Origin: an uncultured Nitrososphaerota archaeon
GTDB lineage: Archaea; Asgardarchaeota; Njordarchaeia; Njordarchaeales; Panguiarchaeaceae
NCBI GenBank assembly: GCA_964636085.1
Contig: CAZWPQ010000006.1
Location: 65,455 to 88,952 of the forward strand
Reading direction: 5' to 3'
Length of the DNA: 23,498 nt
Position 1 is the first letter of the stretch; every line of letters starts with the position of its first letter. The notes under the pieces were generated by a model. It searched no databases. It saw nothing but the letters and a program-made list of their open reading frames with translations, and was not told the origin of the DNA. This document shows positions 8,794 through 19,500 of the stretch, one piece after another. A program made the translations under genes and the position numbers.

Positions 8794-9630
8794 ATGTTGT
8801 CAGAAATACTCAAGATATGCAGGAAATATAGTATAAAGCTTAATACTAGACTCTCACAAAATTTTTTACATGCATCGCACATTATGGATCTCGAGATTTC
8901 TTATGCCAACGTAAATGAAGAGGACATTGTTTTGGATATAGGGGCTGGTTTTGGATTCTTAACCGAAAAACTCGCAAAAATCGCGAGAAAAGTCTATGCC
9001 GTCGAAATAGACAGAAAAATAACAAGGGTTTTAATAGATAGACTACGGGATTATATTGTCCAAGGAAAGGTAGTCGTCATTGAAGGAGATATATTGCAAA
9101 TAGACTTACCAAGCGATGTAAACAAGATCGTATCCAATCCACCATTCCACATAATATCCCCACTAATATTTAGATTGGCAAGAAAATATTTTGTATCTCC
9201 CCAGTTTGATTTATGTGTTATGATTGTACAGTTAGACTACGCGAAAAAAATGTGTGCTTCCCCTGGGGAAAAAAGAAGCCGACTAAGCGCAACTATACAG
9301 TATTTCGTTGATGTTGAGATACTTGGTCATGTTTCTAGAAGGAATTTCTTTCCACAACCAGATGTAGATGCTGCCATTATCAGGCTGAAGCCCAACTATA
9401 GCAAACACATCGTGGATTTCCACGCTTATGAAAAGACTGTTAGAATACTGTTTAATATGCCAAACAAGATCCTCAAAAAGGTTATTAGAAAGCATTTTAA
9501 GGAAGATACCTCAGTAAAAATCCTCGAGCTACTTGTTTCTAAGAATGTAGATATCAGGAAACGGGTAAGAGAATTAACAAATTCTGAGATAGAAATAATA
9601 GCCAGTATAGTACGTAACTTTATCCATTAG
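8794..9630 (+). CDS. rsmA: 16S rRNA m6,2A dimethyltransferase KsgA/Dim1
   Basis: LSQNFL, VLDIGAGFGFLT, AVEID, IVSNPPFHI, FFPQPDVDAAII. Confidence 0.96.
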   Translation: MLSEILKICRKYSIKLNTRLSQNFLHASHIMDLEISYANVNEEDIVLDIGAGFGFLTEKLAKIARKVYAVEIDRKITRVLIDRLRDYIVQGKVVVIEGDILQIDLPSDVNKIVSNPPFHIISPLIFRLARKYFVSPQFDLCVMIVQLDYAKKMCASPGEKRSRLSATIQYFVDVEILGHVSRRNFFPQPDVDAAIIRLKPNYSKHIVDFHAYEKTVRILFNMPNKILKKVIRKHFKEDTSVKILELLVSKNVDIRKRVRELTNSEIEIIASIVRNFIH

Positions 9631-10169
9631 CTCGATGCCTCTTCCTTCCTGCCCATGAGCTCCTCATACTCTTCCTCAGTAAGTTGGTATAGCACAACCT
9701 CTACATTGCATGCCCTCTTAATTTTCCAGCCCCTGAAAAGACCTGCTCCTATTCTGTCTGGCCTCCTCTTCAATACTCTTCCTTTATGCGCAGACATAGC
9801 AAATATTATGCACCTTGACACATCAAGTCCAACATTCTCAGCATTTGCTTTGGCAGATCTTAACACTTTTAGAATATACCTAGCCGCTTTCTCAGGAAAT
9901 GCCCCTTGGGGCCATTTCCATTTATCTGACCCTTTCCTATGGCCATAGTGCCGCCTATGTTTAAAGTAGGGAACATACTCTTCACCATCTATTACTTTTT
10001 CTAGATATTCGATTGCTTCTTCTATGAACATCCCTCGCGATGTTATGGCGTCACATATATTAACCGCGTGTTTCCATTTTATAGGCAAATCCTTGCCCCA
10101 AGCTATAGCTATCCTCTCCTTAGGCAAATTACGTAAAATCGTTGTGAAACCTTTTCTGTTTCTAGGCAT
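9627..10169 (-). CDS. rpl22: Ribosomal protein uL22
   Basis: AIAWGKDLPIKWKHAVNIC, YVPY, WPQGAFPEKAA, SAKANAENVGLD. Confidence 0.95.
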   Translation of the reverse strand: MPRNRKGFTTILRNLPKERIAIAWGKDLPIKWKHAVNICDAITSRGMFIEEAIEYLEKVIDGEEYVPYFKHRRHYGHRKGSDKWKWPQGAFPEKAARYILKVLRSAKANAENVGLDVSRCIIFAMSAHKGRVLKRRPDRIGAGLFRGWKIKRACNVEVVLYQLTEEEYEELMGRKEEASS

Positions 10170-10179
10170 AATATATCAC

Positions 10180-10626
10180 CTACTTCTTACGGGGTGCGGC
10201 TTTTTTAACACCACCATGTTGTGTAAACTTGACCGTTGGTGCAAAGTCGCCCAACCGATAGAAGAAGTGCCATGGAGTTATTCTCACTTCCACGAATTCC
10301 TTTCCATTATGAACCAAGAATTTCATGCCTATCATATCTGGGAGTATAACAAAGTCTCTACAGTGCGTCTTTATTGGCTTCTTAATCTTTTTATCGCGAT
10401 ACTTCTTTATTTTCTCAAGTAACACCCGCTCAGTTAATGATAAGCCACCAACACCATGAATAAACCTAAGCAGTTTTCTTCGCACACGCGCAGGAGCTAT
10501 TTTTGCTAGATCTTCATAGGACATAACAAGTAGCTCTTTTAGACTTTTCCCCCTGTAGGTATACTCCGTCCATTTTCTGGGCAAACCTTTTATTATCTCA
10601 TCCGCCTCCTTCTCACTTAGGGGCAT
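10180..10626 (-). CDS. rps19p: Ribosomal protein uS19
   Basis: YTYRGKSLKEL, PARVRRKL, IKTHCRDFVILPDMIG, VHNGKEF, LGDFAPT. Start is ATG 10626 or TTG 10632. Confidence 0.96.
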   Translation of the reverse strand: MPLSEKEADEIIKGLPRKWTEYTYRGKSLKELLVMSYEDLAKIAPARVRRKLLRFIHGVGGLSLTERVLLEKIKKYRDKKIKKPIKTHCRDFVILPDMIGMKFLVHNGKEFVEVRITPWHFFYRLGDFAPTVKFTQHGGVKKAAPRKK

Positions 10627-10768
10627 TGTCAATCCCTTATTATAGCATGATTACCATTTTAAAAACTCATGACTTTTCAAATTATATTTCCAGCTATTTA
10701 AGTATTGGTATCAAACGCAAGTATTTGCATGTTTTACTTGCTAGACATTAAGTATTGGAAACATAACA

Positions 10769-10776
10769 TTTATAAA
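10769..10776 (+). promoter_or_regulatory. Putative TATA box in the divergent rps19/tfb intergenic region
   Basis: TTTATAAA (palindromic) about 50 nt upstream of the tfb ATG. Confidence 0.4.
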
Positions 10777-10824
10777 TGCGGATATAAAATTAATCAGTTA
10801 TTGAGGCTTCTTGGGAGATAAAAG

Positions 10825-11709
10825 ATGTACGAGGAATATAGCAAAAATTGTCCCTACTGCAATATACCCCTCGTCAGGGATTATAGCAATGGTATGGAAA
10901 TTTTGGTATGCCCGGGTTGTGGCAGGGTGTTCGAAGAAGACATAATAAGTGTCGAGTCGGAGCAAAGATTCTTTGATATACAAGACCTTTATCAGCAGAG
11001 TAGACTCATTAAGACACAAATGGATCATCCATCCCTAGCAGACTCTCAGCCATATTCTGGTTCTAGCGTTATAGAAGATTATCGATCAAGAAGGATTCTC
11101 GAAATAAGATCCGTTGTGCATACCGTCTCTCAAAAACTTCAGATACATCCTGAAACTGAGAAGAAAGCCATATCACTTCTTCTTGATTTTCACCAAAAGA
11201 GAAATTTAAAGCAAAAGGACTTGGTCGCTTTTGTTCTTGCATCCCTTTACATCGCTACTAGGTTACAATCAAGGCCTGTCCCCCTAGACAATATACTTAA
11301 AAAGTCGGGAATCTCCAAGAAGGAATTCTCTAGAGCGTTTAGAGTCTTCAAGGATACATTAAAGATCAGGTTACCACCCTCCAAACCTAGCGACTTTATA
11401 AACTATATAACACATTCCCTTAGACTAAGTTATCAATGCGAAAAAATAGCATTAGAGCTTGCCAGAGCTGTAGAGGAGAAAATGATTCTAAGTGGGAGGG
11501 ATCCCCTATCAATAGCGGCAGCATGCTCATTTATAGCAGCGGATTATACAGGAGAAAACAGAGCACAACGTGAGTTCGCACGAGTAGTCCATTGCACAGA
11601 AGTCACATTAAGAAATCGCGTAAGAGAAGTTATTGACTGCTTAGGAGGGAAAAGACAAATAAATAGGTTAGTAGAGGGAGTATATCAACAATTCGCAACA
11701 CAAAAATGA
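10825..11709 (+). CDS. tfb: Transcription initiation factor TFB/TFIIB
   Basis: Zn ribbon CPYC...CPGCG, two cyclin repeats (ASLYIATR; SGRDPLSIAAA), C-terminal HTH TEVTLRNRVRE. Confidence 0.93.
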   Translation: MYEEYSKNCPYCNIPLVRDYSNGMEILVCPGCGRVFEEDIISVESEQRFFDIQDLYQQSRLIKTQMDHPSLADSQPYSGSSVIEDYRSRRILEIRSVVHTVSQKLQIHPETEKKAISLLLDFHQKRNLKQKDLVAFVLASLYIATRLQSRPVPLDNILKKSGISKKEFSRAFRVFKDTLKIRLPPSKPSDFINYITHSLRLSYQCEKIALELARAVEEKMILSGRDPLSIAAACSFIAADYTGENRAQREFARVVHCTEVTLRNRVREVIDCLGGKRQINRLVEGVYQQFATQK

Positions 11710-11718
11710 GGGATTAAT

Positions 11719-11919
11719 ATGTCCTCCAGAAAAACCGATAGCAAAAAGAAAAAGAAGAAAAAAGAGGGCATATCCACGCCGCCCATGGGAGCAGGCCTGC
11801 TGGTTTTCTATGAAGAAGAAACACCTGGTATAAAAGTAACGCCAGGATTCGTTTTCCTCTTTACCTTCGGATTAATCTTCACAGTACTAATACTATGGTT
11901 CCTGGTCCCCCCCTCCTAA
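11719..11919 (+). CDS. secG: Preprotein translocase subunit Sec61beta
   Basis: Basic N-terminus, GAGLLVFYEEETPGIKVTP and a C-terminal TM helix. Confidence 0.93.
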   Translation: MSSRKTDSKKKKKKKEGISTPPMGAGLLVFYEEETPGIKVTPGFVFLFTFGLIFTVLILWFLVPPS

Positions 11920-11993
11920 TCTTTTTTCCACGCGGCAGTATCATCAATTGCTTCATATCACATATCTTTACCTAGTTTCATTAGGTTCTTAGA

Positions 11994-12812
11994 ATGCTAG
12001 TTTTAAGATGCGCCTATTTTGGTGCCAAATACCATGGATTCCAAATCCAGCCAGATGTTCCTACAATACAAGGAGAAATAATCAATAGCCTGATCAAAAT
12101 TGGGATTAAACATAATATACGTTACGCTTCGAGGACCGATGCAGGCGTATCTGCTGTTGATCAAATATTACTAGTTAATATCAGCGATCCCAGTGTTGTG
12201 CAATTATTAAACCAAAATTTGCCTAACGAAATAAAAATACATTCTTTTTCCCTCCTTAACAATTTTAGCTTCTCTCAAATACTCTATAAGGAATACCTCT
12301 ATGTGGCCCCTAAGTTTATTGTTGACATAAATGTCCTAAATAAGGCCATAGAATTTATGAATGGTATAAGACTAAATTACATCCACCTCATTAAAAAACC
12401 CTCCCAAGTAAGTCTTAGTGATGTACTAATGAGAATACACATAAATATAAAAAAAGATCAGAGCAATCTTTACTTTTATGTTAAATCCAAGAAATTCCTA
12501 TGGGAACAAGTAAGGAGGCTTGTCAATTGCCTATTAGCTGTTGGTTTGGGTCGGATAAGCTTGGATACCTTCAAATTAATACTGCATGGAAAACCCTACC
12601 CCAGTGGTATTCCCCCTGCTCCTCCCGAGGGTCTTATATTATGGAGGACAAAAACCCCGGTCGACGATAAGTTTATTGAATTAACCCCGAGAAGGAAAAT
12701 AGAAGAGTGGGTACTATCCTCTGTAAAGAGGGCTATAATGTCATCAAAGTGGACCCTCCCCCCGATCGACAGGAGACTAAAATCTAGCTATTTTCGAAAC
12801 CAGATCCTCTAA
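11994..12812 (+). CDS. truA: tRNA pseudouridine(38-40) synthase
   Basis: AYFGAKYHGFQIQP, catalytic SRTDAGVSA, FLWEQVRR, APPEGLIL. Confidence 0.95.
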   Translation: MLVLRCAYFGAKYHGFQIQPDVPTIQGEIINSLIKIGIKHNIRYASRTDAGVSAVDQILLVNISDPSVVQLLNQNLPNEIKIHSFSLLNNFSFSQILYKEYLYVAPKFIVDINVLNKAIEFMNGIRLNYIHLIKKPSQVSLSDVLMRIHINIKKDQSNLYFYVKSKKFLWEQVRRLVNCLLAVGLGRISLDTFKLILHGKPYPSGIPPAPPEGLILWRTKTPVDDKFIELTPRRKIEEWVLSSVKRAIMSSKWTLPPIDRRLKSSYFRNQIL

Positions 12813-12816
12813 AAGA

Positions 12817-13668
12817 TCAAGATATAAGCTCATAGATTGTGGGGGCATCATCCACATAAAAATTTTGGAGATCATTCACAATAATTACTAGTCTACCGGT
12901 GTCTGGATGTACTGAACCAGGCATTCTAAGCAACCGATTTATATCTATTGTAACTTTTCTATCAACTCGAGGAATTCTCTTTACCACTTTTTCGCGCCAT
13001 ATCCTAAATATGACTTGTTTTATCTCCAGAGTCAACATATCACTAAACTTTACCTCTGTCATTCCCCCTAAAATTCTTAACGCCCTCCTTTGCCAGTAGA
13101 AGGGCCTTCTAATTTTCTCGCCTTGGGGCGATATCCAACTTACGATAGCATCCCTTGCTTCTTCACATAATGTTAGGGCCTCCTTATCTGAAATCCATGC
13201 ATGAAGACCCCTCCTCCCAGAAAAAACCCATGTTATCTTCTTAAAGCCAAAATCTTCTCTTAGTGTTTCATCTATAAATAGTGCGGCGTCCCTAACTAAT
13301 GGCCAGCACCTCTTACAGACATGATCCTTGCCCTTGCCACATGTTCTTATGTCATCGTAGTCCGTAAGGTCAAGATCAAATATTAGTTCCCTTCCCAACC
13401 ATTCTAGCTTTGTTATGGATGTACCTCTTGGTGGGGGATCGTATAGACCCCCAACCATTATAGCGTGTGGCACTTCTCTTCTAACATATACCATCAGATC
13501 TTCTGGAGATTTGAAGGATGTATTCCTTTTAAAGATTTTCTCATCATTTTTGTAGTAAAGAAAACCAAACTCTCTATGCTCGAATCTATCAGGGTCTATT
13601 ACCCTAAAGAGAAGCGACGTCGAAAAAGATTTCCAGTAGAATTCTCTCAAGACTTCTCTGGGTATCAA
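12817..13668 (-). CDS. priS: DNA primase catalytic (small) subunit, eukaryote-like
   Basis: REFGF, ELIFDLD, Zn knuckle C..H.CxxCW, FSGRRGLHAW, RLLRMPGSVH. Confidence 0.95.
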   Translation of the reverse strand: MIPREVLREFYWKSFSTSLLFRVIDPDRFEHREFGFLYYKNDEKIFKRNTSFKSPEDLMVYVRREVPHAIMVGGLYDPPPRGTSITKLEWLGRELIFDLDLTDYDDIRTCGKGKDHVCKRCWPLVRDAALFIDETLREDFGFKKITWVFSGRRGLHAWISDKEALTLCEEARDAIVSWISPQGEKIRRPFYWQRRALRILGGMTEVKFSDMLTLEIKQVIFRIWREKVVKRIPRVDRKVTIDINRLLRMPGSVHPDTGRLVIIVNDLQNFYVDDAPTIYELIS

Positions 13669-13678
13669 AAAAACTCCC

Positions 13679-13873
13679 TTATATCGCCAGCATATGCTTT
13701 CTAACGCGAGGCCTTACTTTAACCAATATAGTTTTATTACATCCCGGACAAACTATTCTTCCAGTACCAACTATCAGTATGCTATTTTCACCTGAAAGAG
13801 ACCAAACCCTCCCACAGAATGGGCATACGAGTTTGCTCCTTGCCTTAGGTGGTATATTCTCTCTCTCCCTCAT
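13679..13873 (-). CDS. rpo12: RNA polymerase subunit Rpo12 (RpoP/RPB12)
   Basis: CPFCG...CPGC followed by ILVKVRP and a hydrophobic C-terminus; 64 aa. Confidence 0.85.
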   Translation of the reverse strand: MRERENIPPKARSKLVCPFCGRVWSLSGENSILIVGTGRIVCPGCNKTILVKVRPRVRKHMLAI

Positions 13874-13959
13874 CTTAGTGCTACCTTATGATCCATCGAT
13901 GATATAAAGCTTTTATCGTTTATAAACCATTAGAAAAACATATTACCAAGGAGATTATC

Positions 13960-14445
13960 TTGAATCGAAACAACACAGCTATGCGAATTGTTCCCAAAAA
14001 GGGGGATATACTCCTAGGCAAAGTCATTTCTGTTGGGGATAAAATCAGCACGATCCTGGTGTCTGCATTAATGAGAAACCATGGTCCATTGGCGCCTAGG
14101 CCCTTACCAAGAACCACCCACGCATATATATTCATAAGAGATGTCGGGTACCCATGTGTTAGGCTTGGAGATATGCTCAAAATAGGGGATTTGGTACTTG
14201 GATTAGTTAAAATTGATTGGTTCAAACCCGTATTCATTAGCTTTGAAGGAGACATACTTGGTGTAGTTGCAGCGAAATGTAGTAATTGCGGAGCCATAAT
14301 CCCTACGCCGAAGGACTACAATAGACTCATCTGTCCCAATTGCAAAAATATCAGGGAGACAAAAATCTCGGTCCTATATGAACCATTGCTATGGAGCGAA
14401 ATCCATAAGCGCTATCGAATACATATATATCCCCCGGTTCAATAG
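13960..14445 (+). CDS. csl4: Exosome RNA-binding subunit Csl4 (S1 plus Zn ribbon; N-terminal domain apparently absent)
   Basis: PKKGDILLGKV, KIGDLVLGLV, LGVVAAKCSNCG...LICPNC...TKIS. TTG start after SD GGAG. Confidence 0.85.
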   Translation: MNRNNTAMRIVPKKGDILLGKVISVGDKISTILVSALMRNHGPLAPRPLPRTTHAYIFIRDVGYPCVRLGDMLKIGDLVLGLVKIDWFKPVFISFEGDILGVVAAKCSNCGAIIPTPKDYNRLICPNCKNIRETKISVLYEPLLWSEIHKRYRIHIYPPVQ

Positions 14446-14483
14446 ATTTTTATATTCTCTACATGCATTGCGTGGGGTGATGA

Positions 14484-15620
14484 ATGATGTTTTTGTTAGA
14501 ATATGAAGGGAAAAAACTCTTCAAAGAAGGCGGAATACCCGTCCCTGAGGGAGATGTTGCATCAACACTTGATCAAGGACTAAACATTGCCAGAAAGATA
14601 GGGTATCCCGTAGTTCTAAAACCCCAGATACTAGGGGGGAGAAGGGGGAAAGCTGGAGCTATTAGATTTGCCGACAATGAAGAGGAATTCATTAAACACT
14701 TCAATGACTTAAAAAGCATGACCATAAGGGGTACAAAAGTAGAAAAAATTTTAGTCACCAAGAAAGTCGATATAGCCCATGAGTATTATCTGTCCTATAT
14801 CGTTGATTTCTCAAAAGCCATGCCATTATGCATATTCTCAAGCGAGGGAGGAATAGAAATCGAAGAAATCGCTGAAAAATATCCAGAGAAACTTGTTAAA
14901 AGATATCTAGATCCCTTCGAGGGTATGACCTCCTATGTTGCCTTTGAGATGCTAAACGCCGTTGGAATAAAGGGAGACGAAGCCAAGAGGTTTGTTCCAA
15001 TATTTATAAAACTATGGGAGGTATTCAAATCACGAGACCTCTTCCTAGCAGAAATAAATCCATTAGTCAAAACAACTGAGGGGGAAATAGTCGCCATAGA
15101 CGCCCGAGTCATTGCAGACGACAATGCTGAATTTCGGCAGAAATACATAGCTGAATTCAAGAAAATTAGGGGTGGAACAGAATCTATCGAATATGAGGCC
15201 AAAAAGAAGGGAATAGCCTTCGTGATTATAGATGAAAACGGGAAAATTGGAGTTATAGGAAACGGTGCTGGACTAACATTAGCAACTGTTGACGTTGTCA
15301 GAGAGCTAGGGGGTAGCCCAGCTAATTTCCTAGATATAGGGGGCGGCGCAAGAGCGGAGCGTGTATTCGAAGCTATCAGAACATTACTGAATATTAAGAG
15401 TGTAGAGAGAATATTCATTAATATCTTTGGAGGAATTACTAGATGCGACGAGGTCGCCAGAGGAATTGTTGAGGCCTACAAAAAACTCAACCTTAAAATT
15501 CCACTCACAGTAAGACTAACAGGAACATTAGAAAATGAGGGAAGAAATATCTTAGAGAACGTCGGTATTAAGGCTTATACTGAAATGCTTGAAGCCGCTA
15601 AACATGTTGTGGGTGAGTAA
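14484..15620 (+). CDS. sucC: Succinyl-CoA synthetase beta subunit
   Basis: [61 protein letters not shown]. Confidence 0.95.
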   Translation: MMFLLEYEGKKLFKEGGIPVPEGDVASTLDQGLNIARKIGYPVVLKPQILGGRRGKAGAIRFADNEEEFIKHFNDLKSMTIRGTKVEKILVTKKVDIAHEYYLSYIVDFSKAMPLCIFSSEGGIEIEEIAEKYPEKLVKRYLDPFEGMTSYVAFEMLNAVGIKGDEAKRFVPIFIKLWEVFKSRDLFLAEINPLVKTTEGEIVAIDARVIADDNAEFRQKYIAEFKKIRGGTESIEYEAKKKGIAFVIIDENGKIGVIGNGAGLTLATVDVVRELGGSPANFLDIGGGARAERVFEAIRTLLNIKSVERIFINIFGGITRCDEVARGIVEAYKKLNLKIPLTVRLTGTLENEGRNILENVGIKAYTEMLEAAKHVVGE

Positions 15621-15621
15621 T

Positions 15622-16491
15622 ATGGGCATCCTAGTAGATAAAAACACAAAAGTTGTTGTCCAAGGCATTACAGGACGTGAGGGAAGCTTCCATACAAAGT
15701 TAATGTTGGAGTACGGAACAAAAATCGTTGCCGGTGTTACCCCTGGAAAAGGCGGCTTAGAGGTTCATGGTGTACCTGTCTATGATAGCATTAAAACCGC
15801 CATGAAGGAGCATGAAATCGATGCAAGTATTATATTCGTCCCAGCCAGGTTCGCACCATCTGCAGCTTATGAAGCCATAGATGCTGGACTCAACCCAGTA
15901 GTCATAATAACTGAGGGGATACCGGTATGGGACACAATGAAAATTGTGAATAGAGCGAGACGCAAAGGAGTAACGGTTATTGGGCCTAACTGCCCTGGAA
16001 TCATAGTACCAGACGAATGCAAGATCGGTATAATGCCAGGACACATATTTAGAAAAGGGGGCATAGCCATTATATCGAGAAGCGGAACACTAACATATGA
16101 AATAGCCCAAGTATGTAGCATATCTGGATTAGGACAAAGTGTTGTTGTGGGGTTGGGTGGAGATCCCATAAGAGGCCTAACTATACCAGAGGCATTAAAA
16201 CTGCTGGAGGAGGATCCCCACACAAAGAAAATTGTCATCATAGGGGAAATAGGGGGAACTGAGGAGGAAGAGGCCGCAGAGCTCGTCAAAAAGGGAGAAA
16301 TATCAAAACCTATCGTAGGATACATTGCTGGTTCCACAATAAAACGGAAGGGAGTATCATTCGGTCATGCAGGGGCAATCATACTAGGCGAGAAAGGAAA
16401 ACCCGAGACCAAGCTAAGGGCCTTCAGAGAAGCTGGTATTAAGATTGCAAAATTCCCTCACGAGATACCAGACATCTTGAAGGAACTTTAG
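15622..16491 (+). CDS. sucD: Succinyl-CoA synthetase alpha subunit
   Basis: [34 protein letters not shown], phospho-His motif FGHAGA. ATG 15622 lies 1 nt after the sucC stop. Confidence 0.96.
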   Translation: MGILVDKNTKVVVQGITGREGSFHTKLMLEYGTKIVAGVTPGKGGLEVHGVPVYDSIKTAMKEHEIDASIIFVPARFAPSAAYEAIDAGLNPVVIITEGIPVWDTMKIVNRARRKGVTVIGPNCPGIIVPDECKIGIMPGHIFRKGGIAIISRSGTLTYEIAQVCSISGLGQSVVVGLGGDPIRGLTIPEALKLLEEDPHTKKIVIIGEIGGTEEEEAAELVKKGEISKPIVGYIAGSTIKRKGVSFGHAGAIILGEKGKPETKLRAFREAGIKIAKFPHEIPDILKEL

Positions 16492-16590
16492 AGCATACTC
16501 CAATTCTATTTTTGTTATTAGTACTCCACATCACATATTTATAGTTCTTTCTATCTTTTATCTCAATGGATTTTATCGAAGGGATACAAG

Positions 16591-19500
16591 ATGAATAGAG
16601 CTATTATATTGTTTATGCTAACTCTACTAATAGCTACGATACCTCCATCAAAGCCCCACCTAAACATGGGCTCCATGACAACCATTGAAAAAGTCGATCC
16701 AGACGTGTTTAAGGTCTTAAGTAAGGAAAGCACCACAAAAGTCATAATAACATTCTACAAAAATGTGTCCAAGCGACACATACTTAAGAAAATTGGAATA
16801 TCTCGTGGAATAGACTTAGACATAATCAACGGCTACGCATCCATCATAACGAAACGAGAGCTAGAGAGACTATTAGAAGAACCAGGAGTTAAGCATATAT
16901 ATTTGTCTAGGAGAGTTTGGATCCCCGAATCACCACAGCTAAATAAAACACAAATGATCAAACTCCACCCTCACCAATACACACAATACGAAAAAGTTGA
17001 TAACAATTGGAGAAAAAGACTGGGAATAGATTACCTAGAAAGCATAGGTATTAATGGCGGCGACATAGTAGTGGCAGTAATAGATAGCGGGATAGATAAA
17101 ACACACCCCGACTTACAAGACGCTGTAGTCTACGAGGAATCCTTCATAGATTATGACTTTGACGGAGAACCCGATGAAGACCCCATGGATCTAAATGGCC
17201 ATGGTACCCATGTAGCAGGGATAATAGCTGGTAGGGGTGTGGCTTCAGGGGGTGCAATAAAGGGTGCTGCTCCAGGGGCACAATTGTGGAATCTAAGGAC
17301 ATTTACTGAGTATGGATTTGGGTATGATGCATGGATAATAAAAGCCATCGAGCGTGCCGCAGAATCTCCTGATGTGGATATAATATCCATGTCTCTGGGG
17401 GGAATAGGTTGTATTGATTCTCCAGTATACGAAGCCGCGCAAAATGCTTGGAACGACTATGGAAAAATTGTGGTATGTGCAGCGGGTAATGAATATACTA
17501 TGTTCTCTATAGGGGTACCCGGTAGCGTACACGAGATTATAACAGTAGGCGCTGTAGACAAGGATGACACAATCGCAGAATTCTCATCCCGCGGCCCAAA
17601 TCATGACTTGTCGCCTAAACCAGACATTGTGGCTCCGGGGGTCGCAATACCATCAACATATCTCAATGGAACATATGCTATTCTCTCTGGTACTTCAATG
17701 GCAACTCCAGTTGTCTCAGGGGTCGTTGCACTTCTTCTCCAAGCCGATCCTTCACTAACGAATGACCTCATGAAATATGTTATTATGAGCACAGCCATCG
17801 ATCTAGGTTTATCTCCATACGTCCAAGGTGCTGGTCTGATAAATCCCGTTGGCGCATACGAACTTATAACAGGAAGTGACTTAGGGGACATATATAGGGA
17901 ATATTATACTCTATGGGATCCCACCCTATCTATCAGTCATGGTTACATGTGCCGTGCGGGGTTCTATTACAATCAATCAAATGATTTCATATATTTCGAT
18001 GCCTTTATCTCTGTAGAGATTAACGGGCATAGACACGTATTTTATCTCACAGAGCTTAGACCAATATCGGGTTATACACATTACTCCGCCATTGATCAAA
18101 CAATGTATGGCATATATTCCCTAGAGGATCCCCTAGGTGGTGTCCAGATAGATGTCTTCTATTATGCCGATTTTGCTAGGGGGGCATTGCTACGATACAA
18201 CATCACCCCCATAAATGCTGACAGTTATAGTCTATTCATAAGGTTTGACATAGATGTTAACAATTCCGTTTCTGATAATATAAGTTATGATGGAGACAGC
18301 ATTGCTGTCTATGATTACATAGCTGGGGGCCGATATTATGTAATTACAATGAATCCTTCCCCCAACAAGGTTAGTCTAACATCTTTCCCACTCTTCGATA
18401 TCTACGCACTTATCTCTACTAGCCAGATATATTATGATGCCCTCCCTACAATAAACAAGGAGGTTGGCGACGTTGGAGGGATACTTGTCTTCAGCAATAG
18501 TGATAGTAATACTATTAGCATATCTATAGGCCAAGGGCCTACACAGGATGATGCGAAAGACACTGCTGAAAGCATGCCTAATGTAGAGATACCCTCATTT
18601 ACAGCATACGAGATACTCTTGATAAGGACGCCCATACCTACAGACTCAAGTACTTATACGGTTGATGTTCAGGTTAGGAACTTTGGGACGACATCAGTTT
18701 CCGACCTCACTCTGGTGTGTTATGAGTACCCATCCGGCTTAATGATTGATAACATAACAGGGATATCCCTTCACCCTAAAGAAACCAAGACCTACCAGTT
18801 CACAATAAACCATGGGGAAATAATCAGAATAGCACTGTTGGCTAATGATACTATATACCAGGATAATGCGTTTATAGTATCGCTTAAAACACATGTATTC
18901 CATGGTGCTGTATTCCACCCATTTGAACTGGCCCCTCCATTAGAGGTTATTTATGGTGGACAAACATCCTTCATGCTTATACAAGCCATAATGAATGAGT
19001 CTATACTATCCCCTATAATAACACTATCTGGGAACGCTAGCCCATATGTCGCCATCGAAGATGTTAACCAGCTAAACTATAGACAAATCCTATTCAACAT
19101 TTCCTTCTCAATACCAAAGACAATATCGCCGGGCCTATATATCTTGAACATATCCATATCCTCTGGCACAGAGACAGAAGCATTCTACATCTACAATATA
19201 TCCATAGTTGGCCCTCTTGGTTTTGATGCAGATATAACCCAGATAACCATATCCGAGGACTCCCTCTACTCTGACAGGGATTATAACATTGAGAGAGGAG
19301 AACTAGTCGATATGGACATTTCAATAAGTGTCATTAACCATACCTTGTTGGAGGGTCTATATGTGTTAGTCTCACCAGTCGATCCCTACCTCACGCCTGG
19401 ATACTATGAATACACAAATACATCGGAGAACATCAGCGTATCAACAACAACACTTATAGCTTCATCGGCACCAACTTATGTCAATACAATAACATACCTA

